DNA of 64,000 bases from a bacterium (GTDB lineage Bacteria > Omnitrophota > Gorgyraeia > Zapsychrales > Zapsychraceae), in contig JAUIER010000015.1 of NCBI GenBank assembly GCA_030429765.1, positions 31,079-95,078 of the forward strand. The letters run 5' to 3'. Below, piece by piece: positions 19,501 to 29,734 of the stretch (positions within the stretch are counted from its first letter, which is position 1; each line of letters starts with the position of its first letter). The position numbers were made by a program, and so were the translations under genes. The notes beneath the pieces are model-generated. The model saw only the letters and a program-made list of their open reading frames with translations, did no database searches and was not told the DNA's origin.

Positions 19501-19575
19501 GGTCCCCTAGTCAGGACGATGACAGCGGATTCGACGAACCTCACAGATTCGTGAATCCACTGCCTCTTCCTTGAT

Positions 19576-21507
19576 TTATTTGTCGTCTTCGGCCTTAAAA
19601 TCAGCGTCGATGACGTCGTCTTTATTGTCTGAACCTGCGGATGATCCGCCCTGCGAAGAACCTCCACCGGCCGCGCCCGCGTCTGCTCCGCCTTGCGCTG
19701 CGCCAGCGCCGGCGGTTTGCTTGGCTTGGGCTGTGGACTTATAGACTTCCTCCGCCAGCTTGTGACTGGCCTTGGTTAGGCTTTCCTGGGCCGACTTGAC
19801 CTTATCGAGATCCTTGGATTCGATGGCCTTTTTCAAAGCGTCGAGCTCTGTCTCGATATTTTTCTTTTCATCCGCCGAAACCTTATCGCCGTAGTCTTTA
19901 AGTGATTTCTCCGTCGAGTACACCAGCACATTGGCTTCATTGATGGTTTCAACTTCCTGTTTTTTCTTCGCGTCTTCTTCCGCGTATTTTTCAGCTTCTT
20001 TCACCATCTTTTCAATATCATCATCAGACAATTTTGTAGAAGCTGTGATCTTAATCGACTGCTCCTTACCGGTTCCCTTGTCCTTGGCCGAAACATGCAC
20101 GATACCGTCAGTGTCGATATCGAATGTAACCTCAATCTGCGGAACACCCCGTGGAGCCGGAGGAATTTCCTCCAGGTTAAACTTACCTAATTCGGTATTG
20201 TCATTGGCCATTTGACGCTCACCCTGCAGAACACGGATGGTTACGGCCGACTGATTGTCTTCAGCCGTGGAGAACACCTGCGATTTCTTCACTGGAATGG
20301 TCGTATTACGTTCAATGAGCTTGGTCATGACCCCGCCCATCGTCTCAATTCCGAGAGTCAGCGGCGTAACGTCAAGAAGCAGAACTTCCTTGGCTTCGCC
20401 CTTGACGATTCCAGCCTGGACGGAAGCGCCTAAGGCCACACATTCCATCGGATCAATCCCGCGCTCGATCTTCTGACCGATTTCTTTTTCCACAAATTCC
20501 TGAATGATCGGCATACGCGTCGGACCGCCAACGAGAATCACTTTATCAACATTGACTGATTCGCCGAGTTTGTCGCTCGCGTCCTTGATCGCCTGCTGAA
20601 TCGGTCCACGGCATTTTTCAACGATCGAAGAAACCAGACTTTCCAGCTTGGCGCGATCGATAGTCATATTCAAATGCTTGGGACCAGACTCATCCGCCGT
20701 AATAAATGGCAGATTGATATCGGTAGAGATGGTGCTTGAAAGCTCGACCTTGGCTTTTTCGGCGCCTTCACGCAGACGCTGAAACGCCATTTTGTCATTG
20801 GTTAGGTCAACGCCGGATTCTTTTTTGAATTCGTCAACGATATATTCGATCAACGCATTGTCCATATCGGTCCCGCCCAGGTGATTGTCACCACTGGTCG
20901 CCAATACTTCAAAGGTTGCCGCTTTGTGCTCTTCGTCCCATCCCATTTCAAGGATCGTTACGTCGAGGGTTCCGCCCCCTAGGTCGAAGACCATGATTTT
21001 TTGCTCTTTTCCGGCTTTGTCCAGACCATAGGCCAGACATGCGGCGGTAGGTTCGTTGATAATCCGCAACACCTTTAGACCGGCGATTTCTCCGGCGTCT
21101 TTGGTTGCCTGTCGCTGATTGTCATTAAAGTAGGCCGGTACGGTGATGACAGCTTCTTCAACTTTGTCGCCGAGAAACTTCTCCGCGTCGGCTTTGATTT
21201 TCTGTAGGATAAACGCGCTGATTTGCTGCGGAGTAAATTGCTTACCGTCCACTTCAAACTTGTGGTCGGTTCCCATTTTCCGCTTGGCCGCGTAGATTGT
21301 TCCTTGTGAGTTGACCGGCGCTTGCCGACGGGCCGGTTCACCTACAAGTTTTTGTCCGTCTTTGGTAAAGGCGACAAATGATGGAAACGCCTTTCCGGAT
21401 GCCACTCCTGCGCCCTCGGCTGAAGGAATGATCGTTGGACGACCACCTTCCATAACCGCTGCCGCTGAATTGGATGTTCCTAAATCAATTCCAATTGCTT
21501 TTGCCAT
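19576..21507 (-). CDS. dnaK: Chaperone DnaK (Hsp70)
   Basis: [31 protein letters not shown]. Confidence 0.99.
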   Translation of the reverse strand: MAKAIGIDLGTSNSAAAVMEGGRPTIIPSAEGAGVASGKAFPSFVAFTKDGQKLVGEPARRQAPVNSQGTIYAAKRKMGTDHKFEVDGKQFTPQQISAFILQKIKADAEKFLGDKVEEAVITVPAYFNDNQRQATKDAGEIAGLKVLRIINEPTAACLAYGLDKAGKEQKIMVFDLGGGTLDVTILEMGWDEEHKAATFEVLATSGDNHLGGTDMDNALIEYIVDEFKKESGVDLTNDKMAFQRLREGAEKAKVELSSTISTDINLPFITADESGPKHLNMTIDRAKLESLVSSIVEKCRGPIQQAIKDASDKLGESVNVDKVILVGGPTRMPIIQEFVEKEIGQKIERGIDPMECVALGASVQAGIVKGEAKEVLLLDVTPLTLGIETMGGVMTKLIERNTTIPVKKSQVFSTAEDNQSAVTIRVLQGERQMANDNTELGKFNLEEIPPAPRGVPQIEVTFDIDTDGIVHVSAKDKGTGKEQSIKITASTKLSDDDIEKMVKEAEKYAEEDAKKKQEVETINEANVLVYSTEKSLKDYGDKVSADEKKNIETELDALKKAIESKDLDKVKSAQESLTKASHKLAEEVYKSTAQAKQTAGAGAAQGGADAGAAGGGSSQGGSSAGSDNKDDVIDADFKAEDDK

Positions 21508-21548
21508 GTTTGTATCCTCCTTGGATCTCTTCGATGGTATTTATATGT

Positions 21549-22154
21549 TTAGGCCTTGGCGGCCGATACTTTGACTTTGACCGTTCGGATGACTTTCTCG
21601 CCGAGCAGATATCCTTTCTGAAATTCCTCCAGAACGATACCTTCTTCGCATTCGTCCGTTGGTTCCTGCATGAGAACTTCATGCATATGCGGATCAAACG
21701 GTTTGCCTTTGGCTTCGATAACCGTCACACCGTTTTTCTTAAGAATTTCCTGGGCCTGAATCAGAACCATTTCAATGCCCTTGATAACCGAGTCTGTCTT
21801 CTGGTCCTGGTTTTTGACGGCGTTGAGCGAAAGCTCCAGATTGTCAAACAATCCGATGAACTCCATCAACAGCTCTTCATTGGCATATTTGACAAACTCG
21901 ATCTTTTCGCGGTCCATTCGTTTTCGCGCGTTATCAAACTCGGCGAACAAACGCACGTACTTGTCTTTGTTTTCGGCGGCCTCGTCGACGAGTTTTTGGT
22001 ACTCCGACTGCTTGATTTTGATCGTCTTGTCCTTTTTAGGCTTTTCGGCCTTGGGCTGTTCAGCATCGGGCTTAGACGGCTCAACCGACTCAGCCTTTGG
22101 CGCTTCGCTCGGATTTAGATCTTCTTGATCCTGAGTTTCTGTTTGCTTGGTCAT
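21549..22154 (-). CDS. grpE: Nucleotide exchange factor GrpE
   Basis: RLFAEFDNARKR, FDPHMHE, QKGY; between hrcA and dnaK. Confidence 0.97.
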   Translation of the reverse strand: MTKQTETQDQEDLNPSEAPKAESVEPSKPDAEQPKAEKPKKDKTIKIKQSEYQKLVDEAAENKDKYVRLFAEFDNARKRMDREKIEFVKYANEELLMEFIGLFDNLELSLNAVKNQDQKTDSVIKGIEMVLIQAQEILKKNGVTVIEAKGKPFDPHMHEVLMQEPTDECEEGIVLEEFQKGYLLGEKVIRTVKVKVSAAKA

Positions 22155-22159
22155 CTGCG

Positions 22160-22900
22160 TTACCTGTAAATTTCTTCGATTAAGTTAGTGAAGTAGTCTA
22201 GTGTCGAGACTACCCGTTCGTAGTTCATCCGGGTTGGCCCCAGAATGGCCATTCGGCCCGACGGACCGTTGCGGGTTTTATATTTGGAGATCACCAGCGA
22301 ACAACTGTCGATCTCGGCCATAGCGATCTCATGACCGATGTAAATATTGACCCGCTCGACCAATTTTTGATTGATCAGTTTCAGCAGCTGTTCCTTCTCA
22401 TCCAGCGCTGATAAAATATTGCGAATCTTTTCCAAATCCTGATAATCCGGATACTGGACCACATTGTTGGCCCCGCGCAGAAAAATCTGATAATCCCGCC
22501 CGTCGACCGACACGATACTGGTGTAGCTCGTCATCTCCGACAAATCACGCGATGTCTTGTCCAGCAACCGTTCCAATTCCATGGACTGCTGCTGATACTC
22601 CTCCCGGATTCGCTTTTGTTCGGCTTCCAGCAAATGGATTTGGTTCATGAGATGATCGACGTAATAACGGTATCCCTTTTGGGTCGGGACTCGACCGGCC
22701 GACGTGTGGGGATGAGTCAGGAAACCTTCCTGTTCCAGTTCGGCAAAAATGTTACGGACCGTGGCTGAACTCAATCCCGTGGGAAATCGTTTGGAAATAT
22801 ATCCCGAACTCACCGGCGAAACCGTCTGAACGTAATGATCGATGGTCATGGCCAAAATGATATTTTTCCGTTGTTGAATTTCTTCCCGCGAAAGTACCAT
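22160..22900 (-). CDS. hrcA: Heat-inducible repressor HrcA (short form, 246 aa)
   Basis: SSATVRN, HPHTSAGRVPT..GYRYYVD, GPTRMNY. Confidence 0.95.
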   Translation of the reverse strand: MVLSREEIQQRKNIILAMTIDHYVQTVSPVSSGYISKRFPTGLSSATVRNIFAELEQEGFLTHPHTSAGRVPTQKGYRYYVDHLMNQIHLLEAEQKRIREEYQQQSMELERLLDKTSRDLSEMTSYTSIVSVDGRDYQIFLRGANNVVQYPDYQDLEKIRNILSALDEKEQLLKLINQKLVERVNIYIGHEIAMAEIDSCSLVISKYKTRNGPSGRMAILGPTRMNYERVVSTLDYFTNLIEEIYR

Positions 22901-22953
22901 AGACTGCGTATCTCCCGTATTTACTAGGTATTAACGTCCAACTTTAACCAAAA

Positions 22954-22980
22954 TTAGCACTCATAGCAGTGGAATGCTAA
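22954..22980. promoter_or_regulatory. CIRCE operator (HrcA site) of the hrcA-grpE-dnaK-dnaJ operon
   Basis: TTAGCACTC-atagcagtg-GAATGCTAA, one mismatch to TTAGCACTC-N9-GAGTGCTAA. Confidence 0.95.
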
Positions 22981-22986
22981 GCGCGT

Positions 22987-23014
22987 ATTATAACAAATTT
23001 GTTGGTGTTGTCAA
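22987..23014 (-). promoter_or_regulatory. Consensus sigma70 promoter of the hrcA operon
   Basis: Minus strand TTGACA-N16-TATAAT with extended -10 TG; CIRCE begins at the expected +1. Confidence 0.85.
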
Positions 23015-23102
23015 CCTCTTCATCTGGTCAAAATTATTGATGATTACGGCCCCGGGGATCCCCGCAGGCCCATTGAAACGCGAGCGCTTAAACTGAGAGC
23101 TT

Positions 23103-23750
23103 TCAGTCGGTTACCGACTCCAACGCCTCTTTGAGTAAAATCAGCTGATCCAAAAAACCTTCGATCGTGACCGCTTCCGTGGCATACTGAAGCGGCTTGG
23201 GATTAAACTTTCCGGTGTGATCGAATTCCAGAACAATCGTCCCGCTGGCATATTTAAGCGGAATGAAGGCCCGGCCGCGCGCATCCACATTGCGATACGA
23301 CTTAAACAGCTTGACCACCTTGGCGTTCTGCAGCAATTCCTCAGCCACCTTGGGTTTGTTGCTGTCCACCCCGAAATCCTTAAGGGCATCGGGAATCTTA
23401 ATGTAGGCCTGCGCTTTATCGCCGGTGTGATTCAGCAATTTCTTCCCGTGCTTTTCCCCAAACACCAAGGTAAAATTTTCCTTGGTATCGGTCTTGAGAT
23501 AGGATTTGAAGACCTTCTCATTGAATCCCTGTGTTTCAAAATCTTCGTAGTAAAAATCATGCCCTTCAAAATCAAACCGGATTCGAAAAGAGTTTTCGAA
23601 CCCTTCAATCGGCTCCATGACACCGTCCACGAGCTTTGTCAGATCATCAAGCAAATCCTTCCGGGGACGTTTACTCGACGAGGAAGTTGCGCCAAGATAG
23701 GCAATACCCGCCGCGAATAAGGCCACAACCGCTACAAAAATCCAATTCAT
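23103..23750 (-). CDS. Hypothetical N-terminally membrane-anchored protein
   Basis: 215 aa, N-terminal TM, TAATG coupling to the upstream gene. Confidence 0.75.
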   Translation of the reverse strand: MNWIFVAVVALFAAGIAYLGATSSSSKRPRKDLLDDLTKLVDGVMEPIEGFENSFRIRFDFEGHDFYYEDFETQGFNEKVFKSYLKTDTKENFTLVFGEKHGKKLLNHTGDKAQAYIKIPDALKDFGVDSNKPKVAEELLQNAKVVKLFKSYRNVDARGRAFIPLKYASGTIVLEFDHTGKFNPKPLQYATEAVTIEGFLDQLILLKEALESVTD

Positions 23751-24697
23751 TATTCACCCTCGATTCGGGAGATCACGTCACCATTCGTATCATATACTTT
23801 GCTCAACACTTTTTGACCCCGCTCGTAATTGACCTCGGTTAAAATTCGGCCTTCCTCATCATACATCTTAAAAATTCCTTCGCGACGATTGGATTGAAAC
23901 CGTCCGACCGTCTTGAGCTCGCCGTTCTCATGAAACTCTTGAAACAGCCCCTGACGCAGCCCGCTTTCGATATTGGCCTGCTGCTTCATACTTCCCGATT
24001 TGTAGTACTCATAATAGAAGCTGTCGATGAGCTGACCATCTCTCAGCACCATTTCGCTCTTCAGCTCGCCGGTCGGATAGTAATTCTTGACCAATCCGTT
24101 CATAACACCATTCTCAGCCTCGGCGGCCTTCATGAGCTTGCCGTTATTATCAAACACTCGAATTATACCACGCTGGACACCGTTTTCAAAATTGGCCTCC
24201 TGCACGACGACACCGTCTTCAGAATATCGGCGAGCCACTCCCTCCTCGACGCCGTTACGGTATGTTTTGCTGAACAAAGCCACGCCGTTAGGGCGATACT
24301 CAATGACTTCACCATCGAGCTTGCCGTTCTTGTACGGCGCAATGCTGACCAGCTTACCGTCCTCGCTGAAGGCGCGTGTCGGACCATCCAGAACGCCCAT
24401 ATTGTACTCGACCTCCACTTTAGGAGATCCGTCGGAGTAGTATCCCCGGGCGATGTGATCAATGATCCCATTAACGTATAACCCCTCACCCATCAAATTC
24501 CCGTTCTTAAAATACAGATTGAACGGCCCGTTGGGCTTACCATTTTTGTAGGTCAGTAAACGTCTCAACTCACCAGTACTGTAAAACTCCTCGTACAGTC
24601 CGTCGGGCACGTTGCTGGGGAAATCCTGGGCCATCGCTCGCGCTGCCGGCCACATTAACACACATACCAAGATCGGTATCAATTTTTGACGCATCAT
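23750..24697 (-). CDS. Secreted MORN-variant repeat protein (YwqK-like)
   Basis: Signal peptide; about 11 repeats of Y/F-x-NG-xx-G...Y..xG. Confidence 0.85.
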   Translation of the reverse strand: MMRQKLIPILVCVLMWPAARAMAQDFPSNVPDGLYEEFYSTGELRRLLTYKNGKPNGPFNLYFKNGNLMGEGLYVNGIIDHIARGYYSDGSPKVEVEYNMGVLDGPTRAFSEDGKLVSIAPYKNGKLDGEVIEYRPNGVALFSKTYRNGVEEGVARRYSEDGVVVQEANFENGVQRGIIRVFDNNGKLMKAAEAENGVMNGLVKNYYPTGELKSEMVLRDGQLIDSFYYEYYKSGSMKQQANIESGLRQGLFQEFHENGELKTVGRFQSNRREGIFKMYDEEGRILTEVNYERGQKVLSKVYDTNGDVISRIEGE

Positions 24698-24708
24698 ATC
24701 AGTATCCT

Positions 24709-24766
24709 AAATTATCGCTTAATTATATCACCAAAAAAAATTGGGATCATAATTAAGCGATAATTT
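24709..24766. repeat. 18-bp perfect inverted repeat downstream of clpB (hairpin)
   Basis: AAATTATCGCTTAATTAT (24709-24726) pairs with ATAATTAAGCGATAATTT (24749-24766); 22-nt spacer partly paired. Confidence 0.85.
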
Positions 24767-24775
24767 TTGGACGAT

Positions 24776-27358
24776 CTATTTGACCTGGAAAGTCAGTTCA
24801 TCGGTGTCGAAATAATCGACCTGAACACAATCCTTCTCCTTGATCTCACCTTTGAGCAAACGCATCGCGATCGGATCCTGAACCAGCTTCTGAACGACCC
24901 GTTTCAGCGGTCGGGCTCCGTACACCGGATCGTATCCGCGTTGCCCCAGATAATCCTTGGCCGCATCGGTCAATTCCAGCTCAATCTCCTTGTCCTGCAA
25001 TCGGGCCTTGAGAATATTGATCTGAATATCCACAATACGATGGATGTCTTTTTGATCCAGCCGATTGAAGATAATGGTTTCGTCAATCCGGTTCAAGAAT
25101 TCCGGACGAAAATGATTCTTCAAGGCCGAATCTATACGCGATTCAATCTGTTTGGCGTCAGTCAAATCCAGAATGACATCTGAACCAATATTGGACGTCA
25201 TGATGATAATGGTGTTCCTGAAGTTCACCACCCGGCCTTGGCCGTCCGTCAGCCGTCCGTCATCTAGTATTTGCAGCAGCGCGTTAAACACATCTCCATG
25301 CGCCTTCTCGATCTCGTCAAAAAGGACCACGGCATAGGGTTTACGTCGAACCGCCTCGGTGAGCTGACCGCCTTCATCGTAACCGACATACCCCGGCGGC
25401 GCACCGATCAATCGGGAAACACTGTGCTTCTCCATATACTCGCTCATGTCAATCCGCACCATCGCGGTTTCATCGTCAAACAGAAACCACGCCAGCGACT
25501 TGGCCAACTCGGTCTTTCCCACGCCGGTGGGACCGACAAAGATGAACGATCCCAAGGGACGATGCGGATCGCTCAGCCCGGTGCGGGACCGGCGAATACA
25601 GCTGGCAATCAAATCGATCGCCGCGTCCTGACCAATCACCCGCGACTTTAAACTGTCCTCGATCTGAATGAGCTTTTCTGTCTCACCCTGAAGCAATTTT
25701 GAAATCGGGATCTTGGTCCATTTGGAGATCACCTCCGCGATATCCTGATCATCGACTTCCTCCTTTAAGAGCGATCCATCCTTCTGGATCTTTGCCAGTT
25801 CCTCATTCTGTTTCTTAAGGTCCTGCTCGAGTTCGATGAGCGTTCCATAGCGAATGGCCGCGACTTTATCGAGATTACCCTCTTTCTCCAATTGGTCCGC
25901 CTCGATCTTGACCTGTTCAATCCGGGCCTTGATCGCGCGAATCTTCTCGATGACCTCTTTTTCTGACTGCCATCGCAACCGCATTTTCTTGTTTTCATCT
26001 TTGAGCTGTCCAAGTTCAGCATCAATCTTGGCCAATTTTTCTTTGGAGGCCTCGTCCTTTTCTTTTTTCAAGGCCTGCCGTTCAATTTCCAGTTGACGGA
26101 TCTTGCGTTCGTTGATATCCAGCTCCTGCGGCATACTGTCGATCTCGATGCGTAACCGTGAAGCCGACTCATCAATCAAGTCAATCGCCTTATCCGGCAG
26201 AAATCGGTCGGAAATATATCGATGCGACATCGTCGCTGCCGCAATAATGGCTGAATCTTGAATCCTCACCCCATGATGGACTTCATACTTCTCCTTTAGT
26301 CCGCGGAGGATCGTGATCGTATCCTCGACAGACGGTTCAAGCACCATGACCGGCTGAAAGCGTCGCTCCAGCGCCGCGTCCTTCTCGATATATTTTCGAT
26401 ACTCATCCAGCGTTGTAGCGCCGACACAATGCAACTGTCCGCGGGCCAACGCCGGCTTTAACATATTGGAGGCATCCAAGGACCCTTCGGTCTTACCGGC
26501 CCCCACAATTGTGTGCAGCTCGTCAATAAACAGGATAATCTCGCCAGCCCGCGCTTCCACTTCCTTAAGGACCGCCTTGAGACGATCCTCAAATTCGCCG
26601 CGGTATTTGGCTCCGGCTATCAGCGCACCGATATCGAGCGATAACACGCGTTTATTTTTCAGACCTTCCGGAACATCTCCCGAACTGATCCGTAACGCCA
26701 ATCCCTCGGCGATCGCTGTCTTTCCAACACCGGGCTCCCCGATCAAGACCGGATTGTTTTTGGTCCTCCGCGACAAAACTTGAATGACCCGTCGGATTTC
26801 CTCATCACGTCCAATCACCGGATCGAGCTTACTCTTTGACGCCAGTGCCGTCAGGTCCCGCCCATACTTTTCTAAGGCCTGATACTTGGCCTCGGGATTG
26901 TTATCCATAACTTTTTGTCCTCCCCGCATTTGATCAATAATTGTTTTCAGTTGCTTGTTCTGAACACCATGTTTGGCCAGCACATCATGCAAAATCGTCG
27001 TTGTGTCATTGTACAACGAAAGCAGCACATGCTCCTGAGCGACATACTCGTCTTTCATCTGTTTGGCCAATGACTGGCTGTTCAATAAAATCTTGTTGAG
27101 ACGTGACGATAAACTCGGCTGAGCCCCGCCTTCCACCGTCGGCCGGCCAGATAGATCTGCGTCAATCCGATCAATCAGCTCGTCAGGATTGACATTGATT
27201 TTTTTCAGGATATCAGGCACTATGCCGCTGTCATCCTTGACCAAGGCCAATGTCAAATGCGGCGTATCGATCTGGGAATGCTGCAACTCGCCGGCCAATT
27301 CAAAGGCCTTCTGGATCATCTCCTGATTTTTTTGAGTAAACTTTTCTATTCTGACCAT
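24776..27358 (-). CDS. clpB: Disaggregase ClpB
   Basis: Two AAA+ modules ([16 protein letters not shown]), coiled-coil M domain, 860 aa. Confidence 0.97.
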   Translation of the reverse strand: MVRIEKFTQKNQEMIQKAFELAGELQHSQIDTPHLTLALVKDDSGIVPDILKKINVNPDELIDRIDADLSGRPTVEGGAQPSLSSRLNKILLNSQSLAKQMKDEYVAQEHVLLSLYNDTTTILHDVLAKHGVQNKQLKTIIDQMRGGQKVMDNNPEAKYQALEKYGRDLTALASKSKLDPVIGRDEEIRRVIQVLSRRTKNNPVLIGEPGVGKTAIAEGLALRISSGDVPEGLKNKRVLSLDIGALIAGAKYRGEFEDRLKAVLKEVEARAGEIILFIDELHTIVGAGKTEGSLDASNMLKPALARGQLHCVGATTLDEYRKYIEKDAALERRFQPVMVLEPSVEDTITILRGLKEKYEVHHGVRIQDSAIIAAATMSHRYISDRFLPDKAIDLIDESASRLRIEIDSMPQELDINERKIRQLEIERQALKKEKDEASKEKLAKIDAELGQLKDENKKMRLRWQSEKEVIEKIRAIKARIEQVKIEADQLEKEGNLDKVAAIRYGTLIELEQDLKKQNEELAKIQKDGSLLKEEVDDQDIAEVISKWTKIPISKLLQGETEKLIQIEDSLKSRVIGQDAAIDLIASCIRRSRTGLSDPHRPLGSFIFVGPTGVGKTELAKSLAWFLFDDETAMVRIDMSEYMEKHSVSRLIGAPPGYVGYDEGGQLTEAVRRKPYAVVLFDEIEKAHGDVFNALLQILDDGRLTDGQGRVVNFRNTIIIMTSNIGSDVILDLTDAKQIESRIDSALKNHFRPEFLNRIDETIIFNRLDQKDIHRIVDIQINILKARLQDKEIELELTDAAKDYLGQRGYDPVYGARPLKRVVQKLVQDPIAMRLLKGEIKEKDCVQVDYFDTDELTFQVK

Positions 27359-27429
27359 CGTTAATCTCCTGTCACGGGCTCGGGTCTAGGCCTCACACAT
27401 GTGATTGCCTAAACCCGGCCCATCCATTA

Positions 27430-27879
27430 TTATCCATCAATGTCAATCGTTGTTTCATTGGCGGATTCTGTCTTCTTGATATGAATGTCCAGTACTCCAT
27501 CGACAAACTTAGCTGAGACATTCTTCTGATCGATAATGTGTCCCAGATCAAGTTGTCTCGAGAACTCTCCGGTAAACCTTTCGGTCCGATGAACATTCAC
27601 CTGTTTATCATCATTCACCAATTCGCGCTTTCCGCTGATGGTTAGGATAGACCCGTCGACTTTAACGGTGATGTCCTTTTTAGCCACACCGGGCACATCA
27701 ACTGATATGGTGTATCCCTCGGCGTCTTCTCGAATATCCAGATCCGGAAATCCCCTACCGGCGATGGCCTCGGCAAAAGACCGGACTTCCGGAAAGAGCG
27801 TTAGACCAAAAAACGGACTTTCAAAATCATAATTGTCTTTGTTACACGAATGTTGTCGTTTATTTCGACCAAAACTCAT
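27430..27879 (-). CDS. Small heat-shock protein (Hsp20/alpha-crystallin)
   Basis: VDVPGV.KKDI, LTISGKR, ERFTGEFSR, AKFVDGVLDI; start likely MSFGR at 27879 with AGGGGG RBS. Confidence 0.93.
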   Translation of the reverse strand: MSFGRNKRQHSCNKDNYDFESPFFGLTLFPEVRSFAEAIAGRGFPDLDIREDAEGYTISVDVPGVAKKDITVKVDGSILTISGKRELVNDDKQVNVHRTERFTGEFSRQLDLGHIIDQKNVSAKFVDGVLDIHIKKTESANETTIDIDG

Positions 27880-27939
27880 ATATACCCCCTTAAAATTTAG
27901 GATCGATTGATACCGACCCATGATTTAACGAAACTTATT

Positions 27940-27966
27940 TTGGCAGTTTGTGTAGGCGAGTGCTAA
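27940..27966. promoter_or_regulatory. Degenerate CIRCE upstream of hsp20-clpB
   Basis: TTGGCAGTT-N9-GAGTGCTAA: one perfect half-site, the other 6/9, exact N9 spacing. Confidence 0.8.
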
Positions 27967-28006
27967 TTTATCGCTAAAAAAAAGCGCCCGCACATAATCG
28001 ATAAAA

Positions 28007-28306
28007 TCATACATCATCTTTGCCTCCTTTTTCCTTATATTCCATATCTATGATGACCTTCACCCCGCTAATGTTGACGTTCTTGACCTTCATCAGATAA
28101 CGAACATGTATCAGCATCTTGATCTGCTGCTTTGAGTAGCAGCGCGTCCGCCCTCCCATACGCTTGGGCTGGATCACGCCTAGTTCATCCAATTTCCGCA
28201 GCGTCCAGACGGGCATCTTGACCATCTCGCTGACAACACCTATGACGAACAGCGGAGCATCAGGATAGATGTCAAAATCAAATTGATACTCGGGTTTGTT
28301 TTCCAT
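28007..28306 (-). CDS. hspR: MerR-family HTH regulator, HspR-like
   Basis: PLFVIGVVSEM...TLRK.DELGVIQPKR..GRTRCYS...NVNISGVKVII; directly upstream of hsp20-clpB. Confidence 0.75.
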   Translation of the reverse strand: MENKPEYQFDFDIYPDAPLFVIGVVSEMVKMPVWTLRKLDELGVIQPKRMGGRTRCYSKQQIKMLIHVRYLMKVKNVNISGVKVIIDMEYKEKGGKDDV

Positions 28307-28330
28307 ACCGCACTCCTATGCTTCATCAAA

Positions 28331-28359
28331 AGTATACAAAATTTTAACGTTTTTGTCAA
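28331..28359 (-). promoter_or_regulatory. Sigma70 promoter of the hspR-like gene
   Basis: Minus strand TTGACA-N17-TATACT, AT-rich upstream region. Confidence 0.75.
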
Positions 28360-28453
28360 GTTATTTTAATTTTTTTAGTTAGTTTATCTAATTTTTTTGA
28401 CTATATTAATCAAGCTTGTAAATCTAAATCATTTAATTTCAGTAATTTAAGAA

Positions 28454-29734
28454 TCATTTAATTTTGTATTTCTCAAATTTCCCGGCCAATCGACTGGGCA
28501 CTGAAGCGCGAATGTTGACCCGATCGTTATAGTATTTTATAGAGTAGACCTCACCCTCCTCATGGGCCAGATTCACCAGGTCCATCCGCTGGATCGGCAC
28601 ATCGAGATTGATTTCAACAAATAGATCCGATAGCAGCTCAACGATCTTGTGCTGAAGATCATCTATCCCCTGACCGGTCAATGCAGAAATGATCACGGCG
28701 TGATCAAAGTTATCCTTAAAACTCTCAACCCAGGCCGCATCCTCGATCCGATCCACCTTGTTCAGCACAATTATGACCGGCTTCTCCAATACCTTGAGTT
28801 CATCCAGGACCACCTGGACCGATTCATATAGCAGTCTGAAATTGGCATGACTGATATCCAACACGTGCAGTAATAAATCCGCGTGCTGAACCTCCTCAAG
28901 TGTCGCCTTAAACGATTCGATCAAGTCATGCGGTAGGTCATGCATGAATCCTACCGTGTCCGACAATACAATCTTCTGATGGTTCGGCAAGACCAGTTGC
29001 CGAGACAAGGAATCCAGCGTCGTGAACATCCCATCACGTGTGGTCTGCCCGGCCTCGGTCAGCATGTTCAACAGTGTTGATTTACCGGCGTTCGTGTATC
29101 CGACCAGCGATACGGTCGGGACACCTTTTTCTTCGCGCTTCTTTCGGGTCAGCTGACGATTACGAACGACCTGCTTGAGACCCGACTTCAACCGGCTGAT
29201 CCGCTGGGCAATGCGACGCCGATCCAGCTCGAGTTTGGTTTCCCCCGGCCCAAGTGTTCCGATCCCACCACCCAGACGGGAAAGTTCAATCCCTTTTCCA
29301 ACGAGCCGCGGTAACAAATACTCCAACTGCGCGAGCTCAACCTGCATTTTACCCTCTTTACTACTGGCATGCCGGGCAAAGATATCCAGGATCAATTGCG
29401 TCCGGTCGATGGTCTTGACCTGAATCTTGTCTTCCAGATTGCGTTGCTGATTGCCTTTGAGCTCATGACTAAAAACAACCGTATCCACTTGATGCAGATC
29501 ACACAGCGCGACAATATCATCGAGCTTGCTGTCGCCAATCAAGTTCTTGGGAGAGGTCTTCGACACGCGGCAGATAAACTCGGCCACCACCTCACCCCCC
29601 GAGGCCTTAACCAGCTCGACCATTTCCTCGAGCAGATCCTGGCTGGTCCACGGCGTGGATTCAGACTTTAAGTCAACCGCCACGGCCAGGACACGCTCCA
29701 CGGCTTCTTCATTTGTAAGGTATTCGTGTTTCAT
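28454..29734 (-). CDS. hflX: Ribosome-splitting GTPase HflX
   Basis: IDRTQLILDIFA, GPGETKLE.DRR, GYTNAGKST, DTVGF, NKVD. Confidence 0.97.
   Translation of the reverse strand: MKHEYLTNEEAVERVLAVAVDLKSESTPWTSQDLLEEMVELVKASGGEVVAEFICRVSKTSPKNLIGDSKLDDIVALCDLHQVDTVVFSHELKGNQQRNLEDKIQVKTIDRTQLILDIFARHASSKEGKMQVELAQLEYLLPRLVGKGIELSRLGGGIGTLGPGETKLELDRRRIAQRISRLKSGLKQVVRNRQLTRKKREEKGVPTVSLVGYTNAGKSTLLNMLTEAGQTTRDGMFTTLDSLSRQLVLPNHQKIVLSDTVGFMHDLPHDLIESFKATLEEVQHADLLLHVLDISHANFRLLYESVQVVLDELKVLEKPVIIVLNKVDRIEDAAWVESFKDNFDHAVIISALTGQGIDDLQHKIVELLSDLFVEINLDVPIQRMDLVNLAHEEGEVYSIKYYNDRVNIRASVPSRLAGKFEKYKIK

Noticed and set aside
19527-19560. Hairpin between dnaK and dnaJ
   Set aside because: GGATTC-ACGAA/TTCGT-GAATCC stem without a U-tract; probably an ordinary mRNA stabiliser or attenuator.
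21474-22118. 214-aa plus-strand ORF
   Set aside because: Antisense to grpE; the Phe/Leu-rich composition simply mirrors Lys/Glu codons.
23750-24697. Toxin-antitoxin system suggested by the YwqK-like label
   Set aside because: No adjacent toxin; a signal peptide and MORN repeats alone do not support a TA system.
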